Shown here piece by piece: positions 25,106-38,739 of a stretch of 64,000 bases of DNA; positions within the stretch are counted from its first letter, which is position 1; each line of letters starts with the position of its first letter. The notes below the pieces were generated by a model. The model had not been told where the DNA came from and ran no database searches. It worked only from the letters and a program-made list of their open reading frames with translations. The position numbers were made by a program, and so were the translations under genes. The stretch is from contig CM114271.1 in NCBI GenBank assembly GCA_050084515.1, forward strand, positions 2,232,001 through 2,296,000. The letters run 5' to 3'. Source of the DNA: Blasia pusilla. Its lineage: Eukaryota.

Positions 25106-25559
25106 TCAGAATATCCCACTCCGGTTGTCCAACATACATACACCAAGTGTAAGCCTCTTACAATCAATGGCTGGCTGGGCTGGTAATGCATCCATCTTTG
25201 CCGCTGCTGCCTACCAAGTAGCACTAGTACTCAATGCTACACCTGACATAGAGGGTCGCTCCACCACAACACCATCATCCACCTCAGCACATGTAGCAGT
25301 AACACCCCCACGTTCACACAACGTGGCTGCTAGCTGAAATACATGAGCTAAGTCAACTCCTAAAGCCATCACCGTGGGCAGAAAAACAATGGGAATCCTA
25401 ACACCGAAGTTGCCATCCACAATATCAAGATGGATGCTACATCCATGTCTACTACACGCGATGTAGATGCCTCAGTCCCCACTGTAGGCTCAATAGGCTG
25501 CGTAGGAACCATGGATGGAGTCCTAAGCACCTTAGACAACAAGAATGATTGGGGAAGCC

Positions 25560-27208
25560 CAGCCTACCTCCCAGCCTCACCCCTCTGTGGGTCCAACTCC
25601 ACAGTAGCACCAAGTAGCTCTGACGCTCGAGTGGCCTCTCGTAACTGCAGCTGATGCCTTAACCTGTGGTGCACTCGCCATATAAGAGAGATGATCCCCT
25701 CCATAAGAGGTGGAAGCCCCTGCTCCCGAACCTGCTCTATCCTGGATACCAGCCATAGTAGCCAACTTCTGCTCCAACTGCTAAATCTTGGCAGCCATAG
25801 CTGACTCTGTCGTAGTGGTAGGGGTAGCCACCGTAGGCTCTCCAACCACAAGTCCACCTCTACCACCTCTACCACCTCGACCTCTCGGAGCTACTCCACC
25901 ACGGCCGCGGCCTGATCTCAACTCTGGATGAAGATCAAAGCAACGCTCTCGAGGATGACCTGGTCTCCCGCAATGATCACACTGAGTTGGGGCCGACTGA
26001 GGCCCATCCTCCAAAGTCCGTCTCCCATCCTCTTGGGGACAAAACCTCTTAACATGATCACCTCCACACGTCCAACATGACTGTCCTTGCTGCGGGGCAG
26101 CAAATGAAGGCAATGGTCTCTGCGCAAGTGTCCCTCTAGGACCTGACTAAGGTTGTGTGTACCCCCCACCACTCCCACTACTACTACTACCACCACCACT
26201 ACTACGAGAATGTGAGGTGGACTGCTTAACACGAGAAGTAGTAGTTGTATCCCTACTGAATGTGGATGTCACCACTCTCTCCTCCACTATGTTAAGCTCA
26301 ATCGTCTCAGATAGAGCAAACACATGGGTCAATGTGGATGAATCATCACTCATAAGAGTAGCATCACGTACCCTGTGGCGCAACTCTTTGTCCAAGATCC
26401 CATACCAAAACTGGACTGCCTAAGCCTCAGTCACATCCTGGGTAACTGAAATCAAGCGTCGCATACGAATGTAAGCCTCACGAAGACTCTCACCAGTCTT
26501 TCGCTCAAATTCCTGAAGACTTCTCAACTTCTCTGTCTTCACTCCTTGATAGTTCTTCTTCAACCTCTTGAAGAACTCTGCAACCGGGTTGAACGATGGT
26601 GGGGCACTAGTACCTCCACTAGTACCCCCACTAGTACCTCCATGGGTACCTCCACTGGTACCCCCACTCCGGCTCGTACTCGTACCACTCAACGTCGGGT
26701 TGGCTGGCATAGTAGGAGCACTACTACCAATACCACCATGGGTGATAGACACATAGCCTGGAGACCAATATTGTCTCCACGCCTCAATCTCAGCACCATG
26801 GTCCTTCCTAAACTCATGGTAATCATCCATGGGTGGTCCCTCCAAGTGCTGAAACAACCCCTTCCAAGCCAAGAAGGGTGTAAAAAATGTGGCGTTTTGC
26901 AACATTTGCATATCACACCACGTATCAAACTCCTGCATGAAGTTCTCCAACTCAATGGTGCCCACTGCACCCGAGTATCGTCGTGGGCCCTTCATGGCCC
27001 CATATATCCCGTCCATGTCCCAAATCAATGGAACTGCAACACTCGATAACAACGTAGAAGACTCGGTGTTTGGAACGCCCTCGTCCTCCTCTTCTTCAAT
27101 CGTCGGAAGTGGAAAAGGTAGCCGATACCTCAATCCACTCCGTGTGAAACCACCAGTGTCCGCACCACGGTCCCCAACCAGACCACCAGACAGCTCCGTG
27201 ATGACCAA
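25560..27208 (-). pseudogene. gag: gag of element 2
   Basis: ORF 26420-27208 (GGFTRSGLRYR...FERKTGESLREAYIRMRRL) and knuckles CWTCGGDHVKRFC and CDHCGRPGHPRERC. Confidence 0.82.
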
Positions 27209-29226
27209 CGCCGATGCCGCACCACCATCAAAAAGTAACCAAGTGACGTCGATGCCGCTGTACTATTCTAGCTCTACTAGCTATGGATGTAGGCAACCTA
27301 ACCTGTCATCACCACAAGAAGCCCCCCACGGTCTACTGGTCATCACTCCAGCCTCACTATTGGTAGCATACAGGAGTAACACTACTCTGGAAATCAGCGT
27401 CAACCCTAACAATGGGCGCGCAAGCAAGAAGCATCGATGGAGGGGATCCAAATACAGGATGTCCAACGACAATCCTCCAATCACAAATGGAAATCAAGGT
27501 AACACAATCCACCAAACGTGGCGCCCCCTGAATCCACAGAACCCACCACACAATTCTAACGTAATAGCTACTCCGCCGCGGGTCGATGACGTGCTAGTCG
27601 GACTCGCAGCACCTGAAAATATCACATGCATGGAGAGGCTACACCATACTATGCGTTAGAGGTCCATCAACCAAAAACCTGAGATGCATAAAACGCCTAA
27701 CACATCTCCAAACAACACCAAATGAGCTACACCAGTGTGTACACTAGCATAGTTAAGAACTTAGCAGTTAAGCGTCTTCTAGGCAGAATAGCCCAAAGAT
27801 GGGTGATCAGTTATGCAACACTCAAATCAAAAATCTTGCAAAAAATGCCTCACGCCCAAGCAAGCAAGTTTGCTTGCTTGCTCCTTACTCCGCCTCTCAC
27901 GCCCTCACGCCCACTCGCCCACTCGCCCCGAGCTACCACAAGTTGCCTCGAAGCCTCGAAGTCTCGAAATGCTTGAGACTTACCCCTATCGCCACGCTTT
28001 GTCATGCTTCGCTATGGAGAGAGGCCCAACCAGGGCACCCCCAACGGGATAGGCATCTCCAACAATAGACGAATCACCAACCAACCAGCCCCTCCGATCT
28101 GCTGTCCACCATAGCCAGACCTTGAGCTAGTCCGCAAAATTTTGATCAGCAATTACTCCACAAATCCTTGACCAAAATTGAATCTATTTCAACCAAAATT
28201 CAATTGATCACCATAGCTATCTCTCCACAAAGAATCAGCTTCAACCAAGCTCTGTACTTTGAGCTAAAAATCAGACAAACTTGCTGTCCATACACCTCCG
28301 AAATTGCAAATCCGACAGCGCTTCTGCCCAGATTCATGCACGCAAAAATCCGCAAGGCTCCACACACTCAAGCAGATAGCTTCACATGAGATCACAATAC
28401 AAGTAGCAATAGGAACCTCTCACCCGATCTGGATGAACTTCAACAGAGCTTCCGCACTCCAAGCTCTCCACATCAGAAAACCGCCGAATACGAACCAGAA
28501 TCTTCAATCCTTGATAACTTCCAACTCCCTTGACGGAATCCGGTGATCTAAAGCGCGGTGGAAAGCTCTCAGCAAGGCGCTTCTTTCCCAACCAACCACG
28601 CACCAGATTCCCACCTCCAACATAGGCCAAAAGCCACGAACATCCACTGTTGATTACACAATCAGCCCTAACAAGATCCTATTGATCAACAATCGAAGCT
28701 ACCATCGATCTACTCTAGTTCTTTGAATGAAATCCGTATAAGACCTACTGTCATAAAACACGTATAGAATCACATACAATCGAGCCAAACCCACTCCACT
28801 ATGGGAGAATCCCTGTCGAAGCTTGCGGGAGCCACCATAGCCAAGAGCTCTACTCACTACCAAGGCTAACTTCCAACGCAACAGGCTCAACTCAAAAAAC
28901 TTATTGTTCTTTGAGTGCACTCCACACTATATCCTCCAACCTAAGAGCGGGCCCTACTGGAAAAGCCACCCTCAACGGAGTAACCCCCAACCCTATGTAT
29001 GAAATCGCATCTCTACCTAGACACTACGGCCCTACATAAGGTATGGCCTCTACTAGCATACTATACTCTACGACATAATCCGTATGGTCATGATAAACGT
29101 AACTTAAAAAATCCTTCCCAATCAAGCTTGAAAATTCTTTAAGAGAATCACAAAATATTTTTTAATGATGTGGAAAAAAAATTTGATTGAAGAAGTCTTG
29201 AGAAAAAATAAAAGATATTCTTATTA

Positions 29227-29760
29227 TCTATATTATTATTGGAAAATGCCTCTTCATTTTGTAAGCTCCTCTCCTCTTGATACTTGGCATTTTCAGCCAA
29301 TGGGATCATTTGCATTATGGGCCAATAAGATTCTCAAAATTGATTTAAATGACATTTGAAAACTGTGAGATTTAATTAGGAGACGTATTATAAACATGTA
29401 CATTCCACAGGCTTATACCAGTTATTATTGTTGGAGAGAGCCGTTTCATTTTGCAAACTCCTCTCCTCTTGACACTTGGTACTTTCATCCAATAAGATTT
29501 CTTGTCTTCTAAGCCAATATGATCGCTCGGAATTGACTTTAAATGGCACTTGAGAATTTTGAGAGTTAATTTTTTTAAGAAATAATTTAAACTTGTGTAT
29601 CCGATGAGCTTACACTAGTTATTATTATTGTAGAGTTCTCTTTGGGTTCTAAAGACCTCTCCTAGTGCCCTTTTGATTTTTCAAACACCTCTCCTCGTGA
29701 CATATGGTATGTTTAGCCAATTAGGTATGTACATGTGCCTTTGGATAATTTAGAATTAAT
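29227..29760 (+). repeat. Head-to-tail array of three ~195-bp Helitron-like units
   Basis: First unit starts A|TCTATATTATTA. Units share CTCCTCTTGA(C/T)ACTTGG...CCAAT, and the first two end ...TATACCAG and ...TACACTAG. Confidence 0.55.
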
Positions 29761-30213
29761 TTTGGTCCTTTAGGGATTAATGGTAGGTAATTCAAATTAC
29801 CTATCATTAGCTCCTGTAGTGAAGGGAATGGATACCTACTAGGTTTTTTAATAAATAAATAAAGGTAAAAAAAATATAAAGAGGAGGGAGACTTGGGGAA
29901 ATTGGTAAGGAGACTTGAATTTTTTTAAATCTCTAAAGATAGTTTGAAGATTAAAAAAAAACTAAACCTATATCTTTTCTTTTCCCTATTAGTTTCGTCT
30001 AGGGTAATATTAAAATTACTTCAAGTGGGAGGCTTATCAAGAAAAAGGCTATCTCAAATAATATGATGATGTGATATCTACTCACTACTACTGCACAAGT
30101 AAGATTACCATGCAATGCACAAACCATTTGATTAGAACGTTAGATTTAAACATTGGTACACCTCATGGTACTCCCCTTATTTTAAGTTAGCAAAGTTATA
30201 TGGGAGTGGCTGG

Positions 30214-31007
<794 letters not shown>

Positions 31008-31150
31008 TTTGCCACCATAGAGTACAAGAGTAGCCAAAAGCCACTTGTTGGTGAAAGGGGTGTTGCTAATAATAATATAGATTTGCAATCCCAAATATAT
31101 GGGATTGCAAATCCATCTCATATACTAGGATGGATTCGCAAAAACCCCCA

Positions 31151-31364
31151 TCTATATTATTATAGGAGAGTGCATTCTTGATTTGCAAACATCTCTCTGC
31201 TTGATACTTGGCAACTAGGCAACAAAAAACTATTTCACATGCTACGGGCAGCAAGAAAAAATTTGAAATTGTGTGTAACATCATTAATCTCTTCCCTTCA
31301 TGGGCTATACACTAACTCTTCAAACACTTTTTAATTTTCCATGCATCACGAGTTACACACTAAT
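31151..31364 (+). mobile_element. Non-autonomous Helitron-like repeat
   Basis: A|TCTATATTATTA start and GGGCTATACACTAA-type end. Related copies at 38551-38739, 40442-40670 and ~61410-61571. Confidence 0.55.
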
Positions 31365-31962
31365 TCTTCAAACCTTTTTTTTTTCCGTGCATCGCACAAG
31401 CACCTTTTAAAGGCTTGACATCCTCTAACAAGTGTGAAGGTTAGTTCCTAAAAGTAGTCAATATTGTAGATTCTACATTCTGCCCTATGAAGTGGCGCAA
31501 CTAGATAGGACCCCTATCCCATAGCATTTCCCATATACTGGAGGCCTTGACACGCCTTAACAAAACCTAAACCTGCGGAAGTAAAATTCAAATTCTCCCT
31601 AAACCCGAAAGCACAATTCGAAAATGAGTCTAAACTTGGATAAAGATGGGTTCATTCCAGGGTCCGGGGAGTTTTGCCGTGACAACCGGTACATTTCCGG
31701 TCTCTACAAAACCGAGCGGCAATTTTTGAAGATTTCGTCATTCCAGCCGGCTAAACCCTCCTGAACCCTCAGTTTTTGGCTGGTAAGTGACAAATTGAAT
31801 CGGAAATTCATTCTTCTTTTCCTTAAGTTTAGTAAACCCCAAACCTATGATTAGTTTGGTTTGGAGCTCCAATCCCTAGACAGTATGGAAGGAACGCGGA
31901 GATCTTGTTCGAATTGACTCGTAAAGCAAATCTCTGAGACACAAAAGGCGCACGCAGAAGTC

Positions 31963-34900
31963 ATGGAACCTGCCATGTTCTCGGTGGCATCTATGTTCGA
32001 CAGCAACTCTGGTATGTTTTCTTTTGTGTCACAGTACTTCTTTTTCTGGCATATCTCTCACGTCGGTGTTGTTTGATTCCCCCCCGCTCAAAATGTGTCA
32101 CCTCGAAGTAATCATTTTGGCGTCCAGAGTTGACGTGCATAGATTTGTGAGCGGTCTTTTTTATTCTGTCCGCATGCGCGGATAGGGACGAACAAATTAA
32201 AGGCTGTGAAGGTGCGAATTATCGGGAAAAGACTGTGTACGGGTAATTGAAATTGCCCCAGGGGAAGCGGCTGCTCTTGTGCTCTACCGATTTAGGTCTA
32301 AGGGTTAATTCGTTCTGTTCATTCCCGAAGTGGTGGTGGTGGTGTTGTTCAGGTGATGACGAGGACGATGCGTTTGTGGAAAGAGACCACGATTTTCCCG
32401 GAGAGGTACGTTATCTACTTCCTCAATTCAGACTAGTGGTTGTCATGATCTGTTTCCCAGCTAGTTAAGGGTAGATCCAACATCACCAAAATTAACTCTA
32501 AGAGTGCAAAAGAAATCTCTTTCCGCAAGAACGTGTGGATACAGAATGTAGGGTCACATGAAAGTTGACAGTGTATCCCGGGAAGTGAAGGCTTTCAGAT
32601 ATGTGACTGTCTTCCAAGTGTTGCCATAAACTACCTTCCGCTGTGAAAGGACAGTGAAACCCTCCATCGAGCCTCAGGAACAGCCATCCTGATTCTCATG
32701 CTACGCCCATGTGTCGGTGTCTTCAAAATTGAAAATAAGATCTTTTGGAAAATTTGCCAGCCCAAGCTGAAAGTCTTGGACACTTACTAGGAGAGTCCCA
32801 TGTCATGCATAGGTACGCTGTGGACCTTAAACAAGAATTTCGAGATTTAGGCTCGCAACACTGCTCTTTTTGAATCGGAAGTATTATCATAGGGTTAGAT
32901 TGTCACGAGCATATATGAGGTTTCAGTTGATCATGGAGTTCGTTCACTAGATTGCTGGTGGTGGTAGATTCAAGCAAAATAGGAAAAAAAAACCAGGCAG
33001 TCTGGCTCTATCCTCATGCCCTTGTGAGACTACATGAAGCTTCACGCATACCCTTACCTTATGACTATACTAAAATCTCTTGTTTGACAATGTGGAAAAT
33101 GTCATTTGGTGTTGTAGGTATTACACATTCGCGAATTTTCGTTTCATCAGGTGAATGCAAATCTCCTGTGGCCAGGAGCAAGGATCTTTGCAGATTGGAT
33201 TGTTGAGCACCAAGACCTGATCAAAGGGCGACGGGTTCTTGAGCTTGGCAGGTCTCACAACTTTCCTTTTCCCTTCATGAAGCATTCACAAGTTTTCTCT
33301 GCAACCTACATGGGGAGAGGGGAAGGGCATTTGGATAAAAATTCAAACTCAAAGCAGATGTATTGATGAAGGACTTAAGTCAGCCATGAAGAGTGGTCGG
33401 AGAAATCGTTTTCTTATATCTCTTTCCCAAGAGTCTGTACTAAAATATCCAGAGAAATTAATTCCCATTCTGTAGGGATATATAGATGTCACATGGAAAG
33501 AAAATGTCCTGAATGAACAGTTAAGGAAGAATCAAGTGGTTCCACTTCTTAGAAATGATTAAATATATCGAGAGCAATGAGTCAGTTCGTCCTCTTTATC
33601 ATGAACTTCTCTCTTGAAACATGTTCATAAGGTGGTGTCTTATTTGTGTAGCAGCTCGCTACTGGTCTGACACAATTCCACCTTGGAGTAAGTGTGCTTG
33701 GCTTTAAAATCATGGATCTGAAAGAGGACCATTGCAAGAACTCTATGAAGGCCAAACGTTTATAGTGTTTTTGCTGGCCATTTCGGCAGTGTGTCCCTTT
33801 ACTCTTCCAGAACCAGACAACTCTTGAGTGGAACAAAAAAATTTGTCGCTAATGAGCATCAAAGAGAAATGCAAGGAGATACTTTCCAGCTTCAGCTCTG
33901 TGGTTGTTGTGGGTGTTTATACCTCCTCATGACCAAGTGGCCGGAAAGTGTGCTCCTGTAGCTTTGTGTTTCACATGGTCCACTCAAATAAGCATTCTAG
34001 TCATCTACTTTTATTTCATAGTCAAGTTGCAAGCTCCGTGAGTGAAAATTATCGATTAGGCACCTGTGAAGGGCTACTGCCCTGTCTTGGTCTCACTGCT
34101 AGGTCTCAGAAGCCAATTCTCTGTCAGGGGGAGATTTCGTTTCTGCAAGTCCAAGCGTCTCTTAACAATGAAAGATTTCACGGTTTGGAATGTGATGTTC
34201 ATCTGGCTGAGAATATGCAGTGGGACTGGAGCACTAGCTATCTTTTTGAGGAAACGTTATCAAATGGACATCACCACATCTGACTACGATGATAGTGATA
34301 TTGAAGACAACATCAAGTTCAACTTCCATCTAAATGATATAGCACCTATCCCACACATTAGACGTGAGTCCCTTCTCTCTTCCCACTCTGGAAGCATCTT
34401 ATAGTTCAGACGGCCACGACAAGATCCACTCAGAAGCTGATAATTGTGGATTTGAGTTGGACGTGTCCACGTGATAAATGGGGGGTTGAGTTAGAGAAAT
34501 CAGAAACTTCAGTGGAAGGGTTCTGGCTGTCCATACTTTGTGGGGACTGAAGTCTCATGTATGTTGTATGACTCGCCTCTAAGGGCAAGTCAAACTCATA
34601 CCTCACCAATTGTGCTCAGAAAATTGATTGTGATGACCTGGTAGAAATCATAGCAACCTCTTGAAATGAAATATGCATACAACTTTGCAAGACCATTAGA
34701 CCCGGAACTAGTGTCAGACCTGACAAGTTTCTCCTTGATATGAGGATCTTGAACCGCTTAGAACCAATGTGCCCATCAAGTGACTTGGTATCATTATGTA
34801 ATTTTGTTTTGGCCAGATACATGGGGTGAGGACTTCCCCGATGGAAACCCTGCCTGGGACCTGATTATTGCCAGTGACATTTTGCTCTGTAAGTAATTGT

Positions 34901-35493
34901 ACCTGTCAATTCAGTCAGATATGAGGTCTGCCATCAGGGTTATTATTTCTAGTTCAAACAAGACAAATCATAATGGCTGGAAGGAATTACTAGGTTATTG
35001 TCTATGTGTGCCTTGCTGTAATGTAGTAGAGACTTACAAGACTGTGGGATTTGCATATTGTGCAGATGTGAAGGAGTATCCCAATTTAATCAAAACTCTC
35101 TCTTTCCTTTTTAAAGGCCACATCTCCAAACAGAATGACAAGGGCATGGAGATGACTTCTCTGAGTTTATCCAAGCAGATGACAGATTCACAAGCATTAA
35201 ACAAACCCAGTTTTCCAGCTGGTGAGACACCAGATTGTCCAAAGCACAAGGAGTTAAGTAATTGTGAATCAGAAACATTGAAGGCGGGGTTCACAGAAAA
35301 TCAGCGTGGTGACCAGGTAACATCTCCCACAACATTACCTATTCCCTGCTTTTTGATGAGCTGGAGACGTAGAATACCAAAAGAAGATGAATCATTGTTC
35401 TTTGAAGGCTGTAAAAGTGCAGGATTCATGGTGAATGATTTTGGCTCAAGAGTTTATTGTATCCACCTGGATTCTCAGTCCCTGAATCCTTAA
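31963..35493 (+). CDS. Class I SAM-dependent methyltransferase, Methyltransf_16 (METTL21/23, EFM7-like) family; 6 exons
   Basis: GT-AG exons 31963-32011, 32353-32405, 33118-33251, 34221-34363, 34817-34888 and 35066-35493 join in frame. Product reads ...EFSFHQVNANLLWPGA...VLELGSGTGAL...TSDYDD...HTWG...DLIIASDILLY...SWRRRI. Confidence 0.9.
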
Positions 35494-38400
35494 TTATTTT
35501 CCTGCTCTACTTGGATGGATCCCTTCTTTCATGTCTCCTACTCATCACCATGTTCTAGAATGCATTCAGACTCCTGCTCAATGTTAGCTCTCTTGGTGGT
35601 CTGGTCACTTGGTGAATGAAGCGCATGGTTACAAATGGCTTCAAAATTTTGACACCTAGTTCCCAATCATTTGAAAATTATAATTGTTTAAATTGTCACT
35701 TATCTGCACATGTAGAAGTGTTTGGCAATTGAGGATGGCTTGTGCTAATAAAATTCCATGTTATTCCTCATAAATACAATCGCAAATAATCACTAATTTT
35801 AACAACTATTTGAGATTGAGGAGTCTCAATTAACTAATGAGTAAAAAATCTTTTGCTCTTGTGGATAGAACAACGGATATAAAGAGTACATGTTACTCCA
35901 CTTAAAGAAAGAACATTGTTTGTGGATCAAATTTATAATAGAAATTTTTATTCCATTTTGAATCTCCATTTCATTTTTCATTTGAGATTTAAACTAACAA
36001 TGTTAAACACCTACATGATGGATTGAGTCTTGCCTACAAAACATGGCCACATCCATGCAATTATATCCATCCTTCCGACATTGTAGGGGAAAAGTAGCCC
36101 CAAAGGGACCTCATGCGGAGTCAAAATAGGCGAGACTAGTTGTAAACTTGGATTTACAAGCCAAAGGGATTTGGTCTCCAATCTATCTCACCTTAACCTT
36201 TTGAACACAGATATAAGTATATCGCCATAGTAAAGAAACGATTCAACAAGCTCGCAATACCATATAATAGGTCTGACACTAGGGTTTAGAGTCATAAACA
36301 CATAAAATTTCTCAAAAGAGTAATGAGAATTTTTTATCCATATGCAAATAATCCTCAAGTTGAAGTGTTGGGGAGTTATTTAGATAGGGTTGTGTAGTAG
36401 CCATCTATATTACTAGAGAGTACCATATGTGTCCTTAGAAATTGTAGGTTGGTTTGGGACGTGAGCTAAGTTATTGGGTCAATTTCGGGGGCACTTATTG
36501 GGTAATGATTGGTAATTTACATTATTTTGAGTTAATAATACTTCATTCGGGCATCCATCAGTATTTAAATCATATATCATAGAAATCAGTCCAATCAGTT
36601 TGAGATTACAAGATTCATAATTGAAGGAGAAGTTCACCACAATAGTTCAAAAACATAATGGAAAGTCGATTCAACCACTATGGTACCAACCACACAACCA
36701 TAAAGGAATGAATGTAAGCACCACCATAAGGAAGAATCAAATCATTCCAATCTAGGTAACTCTTCGAGCTCATAATGCAACCACATTAAAGAAACCAGTG
36801 TATTTAAAGTTATAATCCTGGTTAGATTCAAGGTTGTAAGTATTTTTTCTGTGACGTTCTATCATTGCTTGTTGGCTTAGAGTTCAACCCCCACTCCTCT
36901 TTGCTTCATCACAGAACACTCCCAAACTTGAGCCTTGCATGCGAAAGTCTTCGGTTGAGTCTCAAATACTTAAGCAGTTGCATATTGTAAAGGTAGGCGA
37001 GAAGCCACCAAACACTAATCGAGACAAGTTTCCCCAAATGTGTTTCGTCTCCCTAGGAAGTCTCCTCCCAAGCCTCGACTTATCTCCCCAAGTCAATTGC
37101 TTATGTTGAATCGCGCAAATTAAATCTTCAAGGAATTAATTGTGATGCGTGTTTGACTATGCTTCATGTTTAAGCTAAGTCATCGTTCCTTGTTCATAAA
37201 CTGGAGAGGATAAGGAGGAAGCATGTCCTCCCCTGTAGGTACTTATGGGATTCTTTATGGGAATCCCAAATTTCATATTTTTCCTTCCATGCCCTTGATT
37301 TTGTCCTCAATCCAAACATTGTTTGCGACTCGTGAACCCACATTTAACTAGCAATCCTTATAAATAGTTTTGCAAGAGCTTCTTGCAAATTTTGTAACTC
37401 TCAACTTCCCAAACATATCTTGGAGCTTAAACCCACGTTTTGTGTGTCTCATAGTTACCACTCATATTGACTCTCATCGTTTGGAGTCTCATGGTTGTCT
37501 TATGTTCATCTTGTTTTGTGACTAGTCTCGTTTGTCTCTACTACTAACATGTCTCTAGCTTCTCACCCTTGACTTGGAGCTTGGCTAAAGGGTCTCTCAG
37601 CTTGTTTTCCTTGTCTTCATCCCCACTAGTACCTACGTCCCTTTCTCATCTAAGGCTAGTCTCAAGATGTGAGTCCCAAAATTCGTTCGTGTTGCTAGTC
37701 TAGGTTCTGACTTTGATGGGTCATACAAAGGTCTTTCCTTCTTGTACTCGAGATCATAACTCACTTTTCGAGTGTCCATTAACGTGGGTGCCATAGACTT
37801 ACCTATTCGCAACGCTTGTGTTGTGATTCATAACCTTCTTACTCCATTATAACATTAATATCCTTTGTTACTTATGTTCAATAATATCAAACCTTACCAA
37901 ATATGCTTCATAAGTAGGTGAGGAAGATGAGGAATATGGCAAGATCCATGGAGCACGAACGGCAAGCTAGTGTGGCTTGCTTTTTCCTCAAGCTGGAAAA
38001 CTCCACAATTACCTCACATGATCGTAAACATAAGTCAGAAGGATTGGGCTCTCTATTGGGTACCATAATATAGAGCACAACTACATAGCCATATGAAAGT
38101 AACTCATATTAAAAGAAATAGTGTAAATCTTATGTATAAAAAATGACCAATAATCATGCAGCCTAAAAATTCCAAAGAAAGGTTTCTTTTTATTATAAAA
38201 GGTTATTAAATATTTTCTTATTTTCATGTACTAATAAGGTATGTGTGCAAATCAAGAAGTAATCCTCCCTTAGTATTATAGATTACTACTACTAACATAA
38301 TGAATTATAGATTATTATTACACGAAAAATGCTCTCAAGTTCATATTACGAGAAATTTTTAACACTACCACACTGAAAAGAAAAGAACCACATAACCATA

Positions 38401-38550
38401 TGCAAAAACTCTCAACTTCATAATAAAAGCGACTCGAGGGGATTTCAATTCAAAATTCTTATTTTACTGCCATTTCCATACTTTAATTTGAAAACCCTCA
38501 AATTTTACATTCTTACTTATTTCTCTTGTAATGATAATCGGTGTTCTTCA

Positions 38551-38739
38551 TTTATATTATTGTAAGAGAATACCTTCTTGATTTTCAAACATCTATTAGA
38601 TTGACACATGGCCCTCACACAACAAGAAAACATTTCCATATTGTTGGCAGTGAGAAAAAATTTTAGGGGCAACATTAAATTCTTTTTGAATTTGTATGAA
38701 ACATGATTAATCCTATACATAGCATGGGTTGTACACTAG
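38551..38739 (+). mobile_element. Non-autonomous Helitron-like repeat
   Basis: Same family as 31151; ends CATAGCATGGGTTGTACACTAG. Confidence 0.55.

Larger units (their letters stand above)
20464..29095 (-). mobile_element. Retroelement 2: Gypsy-like element carrying a C5-methyltransferase and a PHD finger, with split direct repeats (B...A-B-A); RNase H and the integrase N-terminus deleted
   Basis: TSD AACG at 20460-20463 and 29096-29099. B copies at 28728-29095 and 20570-20937 (368 bp each); A copies at 20940-21045 and 20464-20569. Purine tract on - at ~21046-21056. gag, PR, MTase, RT, IN and PHD on -. Confidence 0.93.

Noticed and set aside
26546-27659. Long antisense ORFs over gag (likewise 12469-13104 and 52558-53154 over the protease regions)
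   Set aside because: Shadow frames of coding sequence with no motifs, not conserved among the three elements.
9736-29095. Classifying elements 1 and 2 as DIRS/Ngaro tyrosine-recombinase elements
   Set aside because: No tyrosine-recombinase ORF is visible. A protease and a DDE integrase are present, and the ends have 4-bp TSDs.
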